64,000 nt of DNA from Malacoraja senta. Taxonomy: Eukaryota. Position 1 is the stretch's first letter; each line of letters opens with the position of its first letter. The DNA lies in NCBI GenBank assembly GCA_038087875.1, contig CM075991.1, positions 8,434,001 through 8,498,000 on the forward strand. The letters run 5' to 3'. The notes beneath the pieces were generated by a model. It searched no databases, was not told where the DNA came from, and was given only the letters and a program-made list of their open reading frames with translations. Of the stretch, positions 51,278-63,649 are shown piece by piece. Made by a program: the position numbers and the translations under genes.

Positions 51278-51963
51278 AGGGCCTGTCCCACTTACGTGTC
51301 CTTGGCATGCAAATTACGCGACCTCGTTGTCGTGTTGAGGCGTACGAGCAACGCATGGCTGCGCTGGGCCGGTCCCACTTAGAAGCGTGGAGGGGTATGT
51401 AGTTGTGCGCGACATCGCGCGGGGCTCCGAAATTTTCGTAGTGAACGAAATCTTCGCGCGCCAACGGCCTGTCGTGTAACTGACGGCCAAAGTGGGACAG
51501 GTCCAAGACCCTGGCGCGACGCAACGTCTCACCTCCAACAGCAGCAGAAGCAGGCAAACGATCGCCGAACTCGGCCTGGGGCTCACGGCCGTTGCGGATC
51601 CGGATCCGGCCCCCACTTCTACTCCCAGAGCGGGGCCAAGAAAATTGAAGATAGACACAAAATGCTGGCGTAACTCAGCGGGACCGGCAGCATCTCTGGA
51701 GAGAAGCAACGGGTGACGTTTCGGGTCGAGACCCTTCTTTTCAGACTGAAGAAGAGTCTGGACATGAAACGTCACCCATTCCTTCTCTCCAGAGATGCTG
51801 CCGGTCCCGCTGAGTTACTCCAGCTTTGTGTCCATCTTCAAATGACGTCACGCGCTCCAGACGGCATGGAATCGCACGCGACCTTCGCGGGACCGTCGCG
51901 GCTCAACGCGACCACGAGGTCGCGTAATTTGCGTGCCAAGGACACGTAAGTGGGACAGGCCCT
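51278..51963. mobile_element. PIF/Harbinger-like MITE with a nested Penelope-derived palindrome (~51642-51843)
   Basis: Near-perfect ~50-bp TIRs AGGGCCTGTCCCACTTACGTGTCCTTGGC...; TAA TSD. Confidence 0.85.
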
Positions 51964-52377
51964 TAACTAATCATGAGATGACGACCCTAGCTGTTTAGAA
52001 GGTCTTTATTCTTGCTGGGCCAGGTTTGCTCTAGCCTTGGCAGCTCTGTGTTACTGATGATAATGTTTCTTATCTTAAAATACTCGTCAAATATGCTTGA
52101 ATCCTCTCAGCCATCATTACTAGAGAACAGTCAACGTCATTTGTCAGTTGTGTTGGAAGGAAGTGCAGATGCTGGTTTACACCAGAGATGCTGCCTGTCC
52201 CGCTGAGTTACTCCAACATTATTTTCTGTCTGTCATTTGTCAGTTCTTTGGAGCTTGTTGTGCACAATGTCCGTTCTCTTTTGGTAACTACAACTCCAGT
52301 GGAGGTCATCCTCAATCTTGAGGGACTGCCTCACATGAACTTGAACTAGAACAGCATTTTGATGACGGACACAATTC

Positions 52378-52600
52378 ATTTAGTTTAAAGACACAGCGCG
52401 GAAACAGGCCCTACAGCCCACCGGGTCCGCACCGACCAGCGGTCCCCGCACATTAACACTATCCCACACACACTAGGGACAATTTACACTTACACCAAGC
52501 CAATTAATCTACAGACCTGTACGTCTTTGGAGTGTGGGAGGAAACCGAAGATCTCGAAGAAAACCTGGTCATGGGAAGAACGTGCTAACTCCGTACAGAT
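52378..52600 (-). mobile_element. HE1-like SINE, 5'-truncated
   Basis: Similarity to other HE1 copies. Confidence 0.8.
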
Positions 52601-52840
52601 AGCCTGCCTCAACGACTACAGGCCGGTTGCACTAACATCCTCCCCTCCAAGACCACCTCCCACGAATCCTACTCCACCCCCAGGACGGAGCCAGTCTTCT
52701 TGATGAGTTTGTAAACATGTGTCGGAATGAGTAAAACTGGGCGGCAGCAGTGGAGGTCGGATTGTTGGAGTTGTGAGGCAGCTATGCCACTGTGCCAACC
52801 CCTGAATGGTGGAACAGGTCAGGGTGTTTGGTGACCTACT

Positions 52841-53147
52841 GTGGCACGGTGGCGGAGATGGTAGAGCCGCCGCCTCACAGCACCAGAGACCCTGGTTCGA
52901 TCCTGACCTCGGGTGCCGTCTGTATGAAGTTTGCATGTTCTCCCTGTGACCGCGTGGGTTTTCACTGGGTGCTCCGGTTTCCTCCCACATTTCAAAGACG
53001 TGCGGGTTTGTTGATTAATTGACCCTCTGTAAATTTTCCCCAGTGTGTTGGGAGTGGATAAGAAAGTTGAATAACTTATAACTAGTGTGAACGGGTGAGC
53101 AATGGACTTGGTGGGCCAAAGGATGCTGTATCTCTGATTCAAACTAA
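52841..53147 (+). mobile_element. HE1-like SINE
   Basis: GTGGCACGGTGGCG head and GGTTCGATCC B box. Confidence 0.8.
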
Positions 53148-53381
53148 ATGACTGCTGCTCTAAATGTGTATGTTTGTCGGACAAGTTCAGATCTGTCCAA
53201 AGAATACTCTAAGTCTGTATGTATAGGAAGGAACTGCATCTGCTGGTTTAAACCCAAAGACAGGTACACAATGCTGGAGGAACTCACTGAGACAGGCAGC
53301 ATCTCTGGGGAGAAGGAATGGGTGATGTTCGGGTCAAGACCTTACTTCAGACCCAACACTTACACACTGAAATGTCGCCCA

Positions 53382-54280
53382 TTCTACTTCCTGAGAAGAT
53401 TACGGAGAGTCGGTATGTCAAGGAGGACTCTCTTGAACGTCTACAGGTGCACAGTAGAGAGCATGCTGACCAGTTGCATCGTGGCTTGGTTCGGCAACTT
53501 GAGCGTCCAGGAGCAGAAAAGGCTGCAAAAAGTCGTAAACACTGCCCAGTCCATCATAGGCTCTGACCTCCCTAACATCATATAACCATATAACCATTAC
53601 AGCATGGAAACAGGCCATCTCGGCCCTTCAAGTCCGTGCCGAACATTTTATTTTTTTATTTTATTTTTTTATTTTTTTTAATAAATACTTCCCCCTAGTC
53701 CCATCTACCTGCACTCAGACCATAACCCTCCATTCCTTTCCCGCCCATATACCCATCCAATCTGTTTTTAAAGGATAAAATCGAACCAGCCTCCACCACT
53801 TCCACTGGAAGCTCATTCCACACAGCTACCACTCTCTGAGTAAAGAAGTTCCCCCTAATGTTATCACTAAACTTCTGTGCCTTAATTCTCAAGTCATGTC
53901 CCCTTGTTTGAATCGAGGGGATCTATCGCAGTCGCTGCCTCAAAAAGGCTGCCAGCATCATCAAGGACCCACACCATCCTGGCCACACACTCATTTCTCC
54001 GATGCCATCGGGTAGAAGGTACAGGAGCCTGAAATCTGCAACATCCAGGTTCAGGAACAGCTTCTTCCCCACAGCCATCAGACTATTAAACACAACTTCA
54101 AACAAACTATGAACTATACAACCTATTGCACTTTATCTGTTTACTGATGTGTGTGTGTATATATATATATATTCTATGGTATATGGACGCACTGTATTTA
54201 TGCCTCCTGTTGTGCTGCAGCAATGCAAGAATTTAATTGTCCTATCTGGGACACATGACAATAACCTCTCTTGACTTGAC
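53382..54280 (+). mobile_element. Rex1 3' fragment interrupted by an antisense CR1 (~53580-53913)
   Basis: [11 protein letters not shown]...SIIGSDLP resumes as IEGIYRSRCLKK after the CR1 insert. Confidence 0.85.
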
Positions 54281-54432
54281 TGGATTTGAGTGTAGAAGTG
54301 TGGAGTCTGAAGAAGGTCTCGACCTGAAACGTCACCCATTCCTTCTCTCCAGAGTTGCTGCCTGTCCTGCTGAGTTACTCCAGCATTTTGTGTCTAACAC
54401 TGGAGGTCTGCTGTGTGTTATCCCGGCCTAGA

Positions 54433-55475
54433 GTGGTGGGAGATTGCAACCTTCACTTAGTCCGCCCTGGGTGGCAGTGTGAACTGTGAGGAGGATGCTA
54501 TGAGAATGCAGGGTGACTTGGACAGGTTGGGGGAGTGGGCAAATGCATGGCAGATGAAGTTTAATGTGGATAAATGTGAGATTATCCACTTGGTAGCAAA
54601 AACTGGAAGGCAGATTACTATCTAAATGGCGTCGTTGGGAAAAGGGGAAGTACAACGGGATCTGGGGGTCCTTGTACATCCGTCTATGAAAGTAAGCATG
54701 CAGGTACAGCAGGCAGTGAAGAAAGCGAATGGAATGTTGGCCTTTATAACAAGAGGAATCGAATATAGGAGCAACGAGGTCCTTCTGCAGTTGTATAGAG
54801 CCCTAGTGAGACCACACCTGGAGTATTGTGTGCAGTTTTGGTCCCCTAATTTGAGGAAGGATATTCTTGCTATTGAGGGAGTGCAGCGTAGGTTTACAAG
54901 GTTAATTCCCGGGATGGCGGGACTGTCATATGCTGAGAGAATGGAGCAGCTGGGCTTGTACACTCTGGAGTTTAGAAGGATGAGAGGATATCTCATTGAA
55001 ATATATAAGATTGTTAAGGGCTTGGATACGCTAGAGGCAGGAAACATGTTCTCGATGTTGGGGGAGTCCAGAACCAGGGGCCACAGTTTAAGAATAAGGA
55101 GTAAGCCATTTAGAACGGAGACGAGGAAACACTTTTTCTCACAGAGAGTGGTGACTGTGGAATTCCCTGCCTTAGAGGGCGGTGGAGGCAGGTTCTCTGG
55201 ATGCTTTCAAGTGAGAGCTAGATAGGGCTCTTAAAAATAGCGGAGTCAGGGGATATGGGGAGAAGGCAGGAACGGGGTACTGATTGGGGATGATCAGCCA
55301 TGATCACATTGAATGGCGGTGCTGGCTCAAAGGGCCGAATGGCCTACTCCTGCACCTATTGTCTATTGTCTATTGTTTCAACGAATGCAATCAACCAGGC
55401 GTGCACAATCAAATAAGATCAAATAGAACAAGTTGTCCTGCAACTTTAGGCTGTGCACGCCATACGCAAGAAGAA
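54433..55475 (+). mobile_element. HDV-ribozyme element copy D, more diverged and split by a CR1 insertion
   Basis: TSD TATCCCGGC(C/T)TAGA at 54419-54432 and 55476-55489; 5' half 54433-54469; 3' half ~55376-55475. Confidence 0.85.
54470..55375 (+). mobile_element. CR1 LINE 3' fragment
   Basis: ORF 54626..55225 is the RT C-terminus; (CTATTGT)n tail. Confidence 0.92.
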
Positions 55476-55560
55476 TATCCCGGCTTAGACAATGAATGGC
55501 AGTGGGAGATTTAAGACTGTGAGTACATAGTAACCAGTGCCGATCATACTTCATCCAAAG

Positions 55561-55770
55561 TAGAAGCAAGGAACTGCGGATGCTGGTTTATACCAAAGTG
55601 CTGGAGTAACTCAGCGGGTCAAGCAACATCTTGTGGGGAAAAGGATGGGTGACGTTTCGAGTCAAGACTGCTTGAGTTTGAAGAAGGGTCCAGATTCGAA
55701 ACGTCACCCGGAGTTGCTTTTTCACCAGAGATGCTGCCTGACCCTCGGAGTTACTCCAGCATTTTGTGTT
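55561..55770. mobile_element. Penelope-derived inverted insert
   Basis: TSD ATACTTCATCCA at 55546-55557 and 55771-55782. Confidence 0.75.
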
Positions 55771-56069
55771 ATACTTCATCCAGAGATGTAGCACAGTGCA
55801 CAAAGAACCAGCAGATGGTGCTACAGTGTAAAACATTCGGCAGGCTGCAGTCTTTCAGCCAAACCACACAGGGTGTATTGGATGTGGAAGTGTTTTTCCA
55901 GACCCACCTGCTGGTAGTACAAGGAACGTCCCACTGGCCTGCACAGGAGCCAACGTCGACACTGCAGCCATGAAGCAAGGGCACTGCCCAACACATCCAC
56001 ACCGGTAGACACAAAAAGCTGGAGTAACCCAGCGGGTCAGACAGCATCAATGGAGAAAGGGAATAGTAG

Positions 56070-56710
56070 TCAAGTCAAGAGAGTTTATTGTCATGTGTCC
56101 CAGATAGGACAATGAAATTCTTGCTTTGCTTCAGCACAACAGAACATAGTAGACATGAAGGTACACAAAAATGCTGGAGAAACTCAGCGGGTGCAGCAGC
56201 ATCTATGGAGCGAAGGAAATAGGTAACGTTTCGGGCCGAAACCCTTCTTCAGACTGATCATGACATAAATACAGAACAGATCAGTGTGTCCATATACTAT
56301 TATATAAATATATACACACATCAATAAATGAGCAGATAAAGTTCAAATAAACAGATAATGGTCTATTAATGTTCAGAGATTTGTTTGAGTTGAGTTTAAT
56401 AGCCTGATGGCTGTGGGGAAGCAGCTATTCCTGAACCTGGTCGTTGCAGTCTTCAGGCTCCTGTACCTTCTACCTGAAGGTAGCGGAGAGATGAGTGTGT
56501 GGCCAGGATGGTGTGGGTCCTTGATGATGCTGCCAGCCTTTTTGAGGCAGCGACTGCGATAGATCCCCTCGATGGTAGGGAGGTCAGAGCCGATGATGGA
56601 CTGGGCAGTGTTTACTACTTTTTGTAGTCTTTTCCGCTCCTGGACGCTCAAGTTGCCGAACCAAGCCACGATGCAACCGGTCAGCATGCTCTCTACTGTG
56701 CACCTGTAGA
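56070..56710 (-). mobile_element. Rex1 3' fragment with a Penelope-derived insert at ~56160-56258
   Basis: ORF 56373..56687; (CTTGA)n tail. Confidence 0.87.
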
Positions 56711-57214
56711 CGTTTCGGGTCGAGACCTTTCTTCAGACTCTGACGAAGGGTCACCTGTTGCTTTTCCCCAGAGATGCTGCCTGTCCCGCTGAGTTACTCC
56801 AGCTGTTTGTGTCTATCTTCGGTTTAAACCAGCATCTGCAGTTCCTTCCTACACATCCACGCTGGTGTTTTGTCCTCTACACAAGTGGGCTTCAACGCTG
56901 GGCTGCCGGAACCTGAGGGAAGGCCACCAAATGCTACAGGGGGTCCCAAGAGGTCTTCATAAAAATGGGGTCATTTTGTTAAAAAGTTCACAGACAAAAG
57001 TCAAAACAAAAATACCGAATTGGCAGGCAGCTAACTGGAATCCCCAGATAGTTGTGCTGTCATATGTCCTAGACAGAACAATAAAATCCTTACTTGCAGC
57101 AGCACGACAGAATATGTAAATATAGGTGCTCTGTAAACAAGAAAAAAATGTTCGGTATATATATTTTTTACATACACACATACACGCACACGCACATGCT
57201 CAAGCACACAATAC

Positions 57215-57543
57215 AATAATAATAATAATAATAATGGATGGGATTTATATAGCGCCTTTCTAATACTCAAGGCGCTTTACATCGCATTATTCATTCACTC
57301 CTCAGTCACACTCGGTGGTGGTGAGCTACTTCTGTAGCCACAGCTGCCCTGGGGCAGACTGACGGAAGCGTGGCTGCTAATCTGCGCCTACGGCCCCTCC
57401 AACCACCGGCAATCACTCACACACATTCACACACATTCACACGCAGGCAAAGGTGGGTGAAGTGTCTTGCCCAAGGACACAACGACAGTATGCACTCCAA
57501 GCGGGATTCGAACCGGCTACCTTCCGGTTGCCAGCCGAACACT
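57215..57543 (-). mobile_element. tRNA-derived CORE-SINE with L2-type tail (AFC-like), 5'-truncated
   Basis: B box GGTTCGAATCCC; CORE-like GTGTCCTTGGGCAAGACACTTCACCC; tail TGTAAAGCGCCTTGAG..AAAGGCGCTATATAAAT(..ATT)n. Confidence 0.8.
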
Positions 57544-58184
57544 ACAATACAATACAATCAGTTTTATTCGTCAATTGCACATAAAGTGCAAGTGAAATGA
57601 ATTTGCCAGCAGCGGTACAATGAGAAAGAACACACAAATACACAATAAAAATTGAACACAAACTTCCACCACAGCATTCATCACTGTGGTGGAAGGCACA
57701 AAAATTGGCCAGGCACACTCGCGCACACACACACACACACACACATAAAAGCAAACAATAATAGCGCAAAAAGACAAAACCAATGCCCCCAAGTCTAAGA
57801 AAGAGCTGCAGATGCGGGAAAAATTGAAGGTAGCCAAAAAATGCTGGAGAAACTCGGCGGGTGAGGCGGCAACTGAAGAAGGGTCTCGACCCGAAACATC
57901 GCCGATTCCTTCTCTCCATAGATGCTGCCTCACCCGCTGGGTTTTTCCAGCATTTTTTGTCTGGCCCCAAGTCTATGTGGTTCAGAACTTATTTGGAGGT
58001 TGCAGTGTTTAATAGTCTGATGGCTGTTGTTATTGAGAGGAATGGGCTGTGACCTACAAGGGTAGCGGGTATTTTACGTTAGAACATCAGACATAGAACA
58101 GTACAGCACAGGAACAGGCCCTTCAGCCCACAATGTTTGTGCTGGAGATGACGCCAACTTAAACTGATCTCACCTGCATATAGA

Positions 58185-58375
58185 AACATAGAAACATAGA
58201 CAATAGGTGCAGGAGTAGGCCATTCGGCCCTTCGAGCCTGCACCGCCATTCAATATGATCATGGCTGATCATCCAACTCAGTATCCTGTACCTGCCTTCT
58301 CTCCATACCCCCTGATCCCTTTAGCCACAAGGGCCACATCAAACTCCCTCTTAAATATAGCCAATGAACTGGCAT
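58185..58375 (-). mobile_element. CR1 3' end
   Basis: (CTATGTTT)n tail and GYGEKAG-coding end. Confidence 0.8.
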
Positions 58376-60889
58376 ATGCATGATCTATATCCATCTATTC
58401 CCTGTTTACTGTCTTGCAGAATTTAAATATCATTTATATATAATTTACGTTTTTGCGTGTTGTCTGGGTCCAAGTGCCAGTGGTGCAAAAAAATTTAATT
58501 GTGCCTGTACATCCCATTCTTTATGCAAATGTTAATAAACTTGACTTGGTGTTTAAGAAGGAACTGCAGATGCTGGAAAATCAACGGTAGACAAAAGTGC
58601 TGGAGAAACTCAGCGGGTGCAGCAGCATCTATGGAGCGAAGGAAATAGGCAACGTTTCAGAACGAAACCCTTCGCTCCATAGATGCTGCTGCACCCGCTG
58701 AGTTTCTCCAGCACTTGTCCACCATAAACTTCACTTGGTTTGACTTAACTTAGGGCTTTCATTCTATACGTTTGGAAGCTTCTATGCCACACAAACACTT
58801 GGCCATCTCACAGAACAATGAACCGTACAGCACAAGGACAGGCCCTTCGGCCCACAATCTATGTGGTGAACATGATGCCAAGACCATCACTCATCTACCT
58901 GCACATAACTCCAAAGCCCTCACATTCTTCCTGAAACGGGGAGACCAGAACTGCAGACAATATTCCAAATCACATCCCACTCACATTTCATGTTCAAAAA
59001 TTCTCAAACGGTGACCATTCGGCCCATCAAGTGTACTCCGCCATTCAATCATGGCTGATCGTTCTTTCCCTCTCAACTCCATTCTCCTGCCTTCTCCACT
59101 GACACCCGCACTAATCAGGAATCTGGCAATCTCCGTCTTAAAAATAGACATTGAGTTGGCAATGAATTCCCCAGATTCACCACCCTCTGACTAACTTTAA
59201 GACTTTTGCCTCCATCACAGTGAGGAGGTGCCTGGTGAACTCACTGTGGTGGATGTTAATTTGTGATTATTGTGTGTTTTGTTATTTATTATGTGTATGA
59301 CTGCAGGCAACGGAATTTCGTTCAGACCGAAAGGTCTGAATGACAATAAAGGAATCTAAGTCTAAAGAATTCTCCTCTCCTCTCTGAAGGTACGATTTCT
59401 CTCTCCCTGATGCACTCAATCAGCTTATTATTAAAGCACCTCAGTTGCATCCTTTGGGATGGAGTTCCACCTCCTCACTGCGCTTTGGGTAAAAAGTTTT
59501 CTCCAAAATTCCCAGTAGTATTCACCACTCGCTACCTTACACTTGTGGATTGAAGCAGAAAAGCGAAGATTTTCTCAAGTCTGACTGTGAAACAGCAACA
59601 GTTTTCTTTAGCGCCGACGAACGTTCCCAAATGCTAGCTGGAGACTTAATTAGGAAACAAAGACAGGTGGCCGGATGCTCGATGAAAGAGAAGGGGGGTC
59701 ACCAGAGGCTTTCCAGAGGTAGAGACCTTCCCGAGATGCCGTGTCCGCGGTTCCCGCTCCAACGCTGGACGCAGAACCCTCCCGAAGGCTCGTTGGTCCG
59801 TGCTACTTGGAGGAAGCCCCTGAAGACGTCGGACACGAGGGTGAACCGGGTTAATGCCTCCAGCGACTTCAAGGTCGGCTGCAGCGGGCACCACTGGGAC
59901 ACAAAGATGGCCGGGCGAGGAGAGGGACGCGGGCCGATCCGGCCGAAGGGGACGGAGGAAGGCCCCTGCAGGAGCCTGGGGCTCGCCTGGATCGGGAGCC
60001 GCTCCAGTAGACCGAGCGCGCGGGCCGACCGGACTTTGGAAATGGCGCCCAAACATGGCGGCGCCCGCATGTGTAAATACGCAAACATAATTTCACAATG
60101 TGACAAATAAAGCACCACTGATCCATTAATTTGGGGAGAGCCTTGTTTTTACAGATGGATGAAAGATGTCAAGTGGCCTCTTGTGTGTGGAACTCAGGAA
60201 CTCAGGGTTAAACGAATGGCTGCCATTGTTGAGGTGGAAGGGAGGAAACTTGCTCAAACTACTGATGTCAAAGGAACACTCAATTTATAAATACCAACCT
60301 CTTTTGTTGGTGTCTTCATGTATTTGTGCTCAGGTGGAGAGGTGAGAAATCTGACGTAACGGCTTCATGGAAGAAAATGGCGCTGAGTTAAAAGGTCAGC
60401 CTTGAATGAGAGATTGGGCACTAGGGGCTGAATTGCCTACTGCCGTTGAGAGAAGACAAGTAAGTAAGTAAGTAAGTACATTTTATTTATATAGCACGTT
60501 TAAATCAACTCGCGTTGAAACCAAAGTGCTTTACATAGAAGAAATAATTAAGTTTCCGTACATCCATAGAAAAATTAGAAAAAAGAAAAATGACATAACA
60601 CATTATAGAATTCAACATGAACGTCCCCCCCACAACAGAATCAAAATTTTCCACTGTGGGGAAAGGCATCAAAAAGTTCAATCCTCCTCCTCTGTGATCA
60701 CCCGAGGTCGGGGCCTATTTGTGGCCTCCGCAGCCAGTCCGATGTTTTCAGGCCCTCTTGCCGGGAAGATGGAACTCCGGCGTCGGGTGAACACTCCTCA
60801 AGAATGTAAGGCTGAGGCTTTATAGGGCTCTAGTCAGACTGCGTTTGGAGTATTGTGAGCCGTTTTGGGCCCCATATCTGAGGAGGGAT

Positions 60890-61191
60890 GTTTAGTTTAG
60901 TTCAGAGATGCAGCGCGGAAACTGGCCCTTTCGGCCCACCGGGTCCGCGCCGACCAGCGATCCCCGCACATTAACACTATCCTACATCCACTAGGGACAA
61001 TTTTTACATTTACCAAGCAAATTAACCTACATACCTGTACGTCTTTGGAGTGTGGGAGGAAACCGAAGATCTCCACGTGGTCACGGGGAGAACGTACAAA
61101 CTCCGTAGAGACAGCACCTGTAGTCAGGATCGAACCCGGGTCTCTGGCGCTGTAAGGCAGCAACTCTACCGCTGTGCCACCGTGCCGCCCC
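60890..61191 (-). mobile_element. HE1-like SINE, full length
   Basis: Head GGGGCGGCACGGTGGCACAGCGGTAGAG, B box and tail (CTAAA)n. Confidence 0.88.
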
Positions 61192-61536
61192 TTATGAAGA
61201 CTTGCCTCTTTGAAAGTGCTGCGGATGTTCCACCTGCTCAACTTCACACACTGGCAACACTGGTGTGAAGCCAGCAGTGAGTGAGGAAGCTACACTACCC
61301 CGGGGAAAGCCTCCCGCTGCCCAGCATCTGTGCCTGGGGAGCGTGGAGATGCTTCACAGTTGTCCAACAGAGAGCAAGGAAGATTGTGAATGATGTTCCT
61401 AATTGTCCTGGAACTCACAAGGAAGATGTCTTGGCTGGTTTTCCTTGCACTCCGATACCCACTTTCAACACTACAGAACCACTTCCGTGTGACAGGCATT
61501 AGTTAGCTATTGACAATGCAATATATATCTCTCCAT

Positions 61537-61782
61537 GTGTTAAAGAAGGAACTGCAGATGCTGGAAAATCGAAGGTACACAAAAATGCTGGAGAAACTCA
61601 GCGGGTGCAGCAGCATCTATGGAGCGAAGGAAATAGGCAACATTTCGGGCCGAAACCCTTCTTCACACTGACCATCCTACACAGTCTAAAGAAGGGTTTC
61701 GGCCCGAAACGTTGCCTATTTCCTTCGCTCCATAGATGCTGCTGCACCCGCTGAGTTTCTCCAGCATTTTTATGTACCTACC
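61537..61782. mobile_element. Penelope-derived inverted insert
   Basis: 14-bp TSD ATATATCTCTCCAT at 61523-61536 and 61783-61796; two opposed arms. Confidence 0.82.
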
Positions 61783-61796
61783 ATATATCTCTCCAT

Positions 61797-62097
61797 CTTA
61801 GTTTAGTTTAGTTGAGAGATACAGCGTGGAAACAGGCCCTTCGGCCCTCCGAGTCCGTGCTGACCAGTAATCCCCACACATTAACACCATCCTACACACA
61901 CCAGGGACCGTTTACAATTTTACCGAAACCAATTAACCCACATACCTGTACGTCTTTGGAGTGTGGGAGGAGAAAACCCACGCAGTCACAAGGGAGAACG
62001 TACAAACTCCATACAGACAGCACCCGTAGTCGGGATCGAACCCAGCTCTCTGGCTCTGTGAGGCAGCAATTCTCCCACTGTGTCACTCTGCTGCCCT
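61797..62097 (-). mobile_element. HE1-like SINE
   Basis: Similarity to other HE1 copies. Confidence 0.82.
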
Positions 62098-62399
62098 AAA
62101 TGGTATCATGGAAATGGTAGCACTTGATGTCCCAGTAAGTCGTAAGTTGATTGCATCGTACGTCGAGGAGCATCTGTACTCTGTAATCACCAGAGGGCAC
62201 GCTTACAGACGATCCTAGACCTGATACAACAAGGTGTGTGCGTGTTGCGTGTGCTGTTGGCGTGTGTTGTCAGACTGGAGAAGGGTTTCGGCCCGAAACG
62301 TTGCCTATTTCCTTCGCTCCATAGATGCTGCTGCACCCGCTGAGTTTCTCCAGCACTTTTATGTGCCTTCGATTTTCCAGCATCTGCAGTTCCTTCGTA

Positions 62400-62538
62400 A
62401 ACAAGCAAAAAAACGACGTGGGTTATGCCCGTCAGCGGTGACTCGACGCAGGCCGCCTGTAATTTATGCCGTCGGGGAATTTGTCCCTTATTTTGACCTT
62501 TTGACCCTTATTTGGGAGTGAGAAAGTTGGCGACCCCC
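62400..62538. mobile_element. Possible hAT-type MITE end
   Basis: Ends in GAGAAAGTTGGCGACCCC with CCCTTATTT subterminal repeats; no opposite TIR seen. Confidence 0.35.
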
Positions 62539-62627
62539 CGGTGTAGGTCAGCTGGGTCAGCGACGATGGGTGATCAGGACCTGGCGTGACGTCGGATGTA
62601 GGCAGCTGGATCCCACCTGAATGTTTG

Positions 62628-62990
62628 GTCAAGTCAAGTCAAGTCAAGTCAAGTGAGTTTATTGTCATGTGTCCCTGGTAGGACAATGAAATTCTTGCTT
62701 TGCTTGAGCACAACAGAACATAGTAGGCATTTACTACAAGGCATTCTATAAATATATACACAATGGTCAATATACTGATAAAGTGCAAATAACAGTATTG
62801 GCTAGTAAAGTTCAGTGTTATGTCCGAGCCAGGTTTAATAGCCTGATGGCTGTGGGGAAGTAGCTGTTCCTGAACCTGGTTGTTGCAGTCTTCAGGCTCC
62901 TGTACCTTCTACCTGAAGGTAGTAGGGAGATGAGTGTGTGGCCAGGATGGTGTGGGTCCTTGATGATGCTGCCAGCCTTTTTGAGGCAGC
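62628..62990 (-). mobile_element. Rex1 3' fragment
   Basis: 3' UTR nearly identical to 31380-31606; (CTTGA)n tail. Confidence 0.87.
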
Positions 62991-63649
62991 ATCATCAAGG
63001 ACCCACACCATCCTGGCCACACACTCACTCTCGTCTACTCTCGGAAGGCAGTGCTTTCAAGCAAGTTGTCCGCTCACTGAGTTGCAGAGCAGAGTCATGA
63101 TAATCTTCACAAACTGGGAAGCATCTACAACAACAGATTAATAGCCCCAAGAGGGGTGGGTGAATTAAACACAGGGCTCCAAGTAGACCACAATATTTAT
63201 ATTGCTTTCTGCCCGATAAATATTTGCTCGGAATGAATACTCCACAGAGGAGAAACACAATGGGACGTGTTTCAGCTTAATAGGCTTACAAATGTAGCGC
63301 AATAAATCTTCATAATTCCCTGTAAAGCACTGGGAAGGGAATCCCCAGTGCCTCAGTTGGTTAACGGATCACCCATAATGAGGCAAAGAGGCTTCAAATA
63401 TAAATGGAGCAGAGGGAGAGGGAGTTTTCAGCCCAGCGTTTACAGATGCCTCTGGTCTCTTTGTAACCAATGTTTCTGGATTGACCCGTTGACTTCATCT
63501 ACACCTCACGCTGCCTCGGCAAGGCCAGCAGCATAATCAAAGATGAGTCGCACCCTGGCCACTCCTTCTTCTCCCCTCTCCCATCGAGCGGAAGGTACAG
63601 AAGTGTGAAAACGCTCACCTCCAGATTCAGTGTTTCAGAAGGAACTGCT

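Noticed and set aside
59550..60126. 186-aa ORF and overlapping ORFs
   Set aside because: GC-rich repeat-like segment ending in a TGACAAATAAA retro-tail; no recognisable protein.
61110..61191. tRNA genes suggested by A/B boxes
   Set aside because: These are SINE heads that continue into V-domain and CR1 tails, with no complete cloverleaf.
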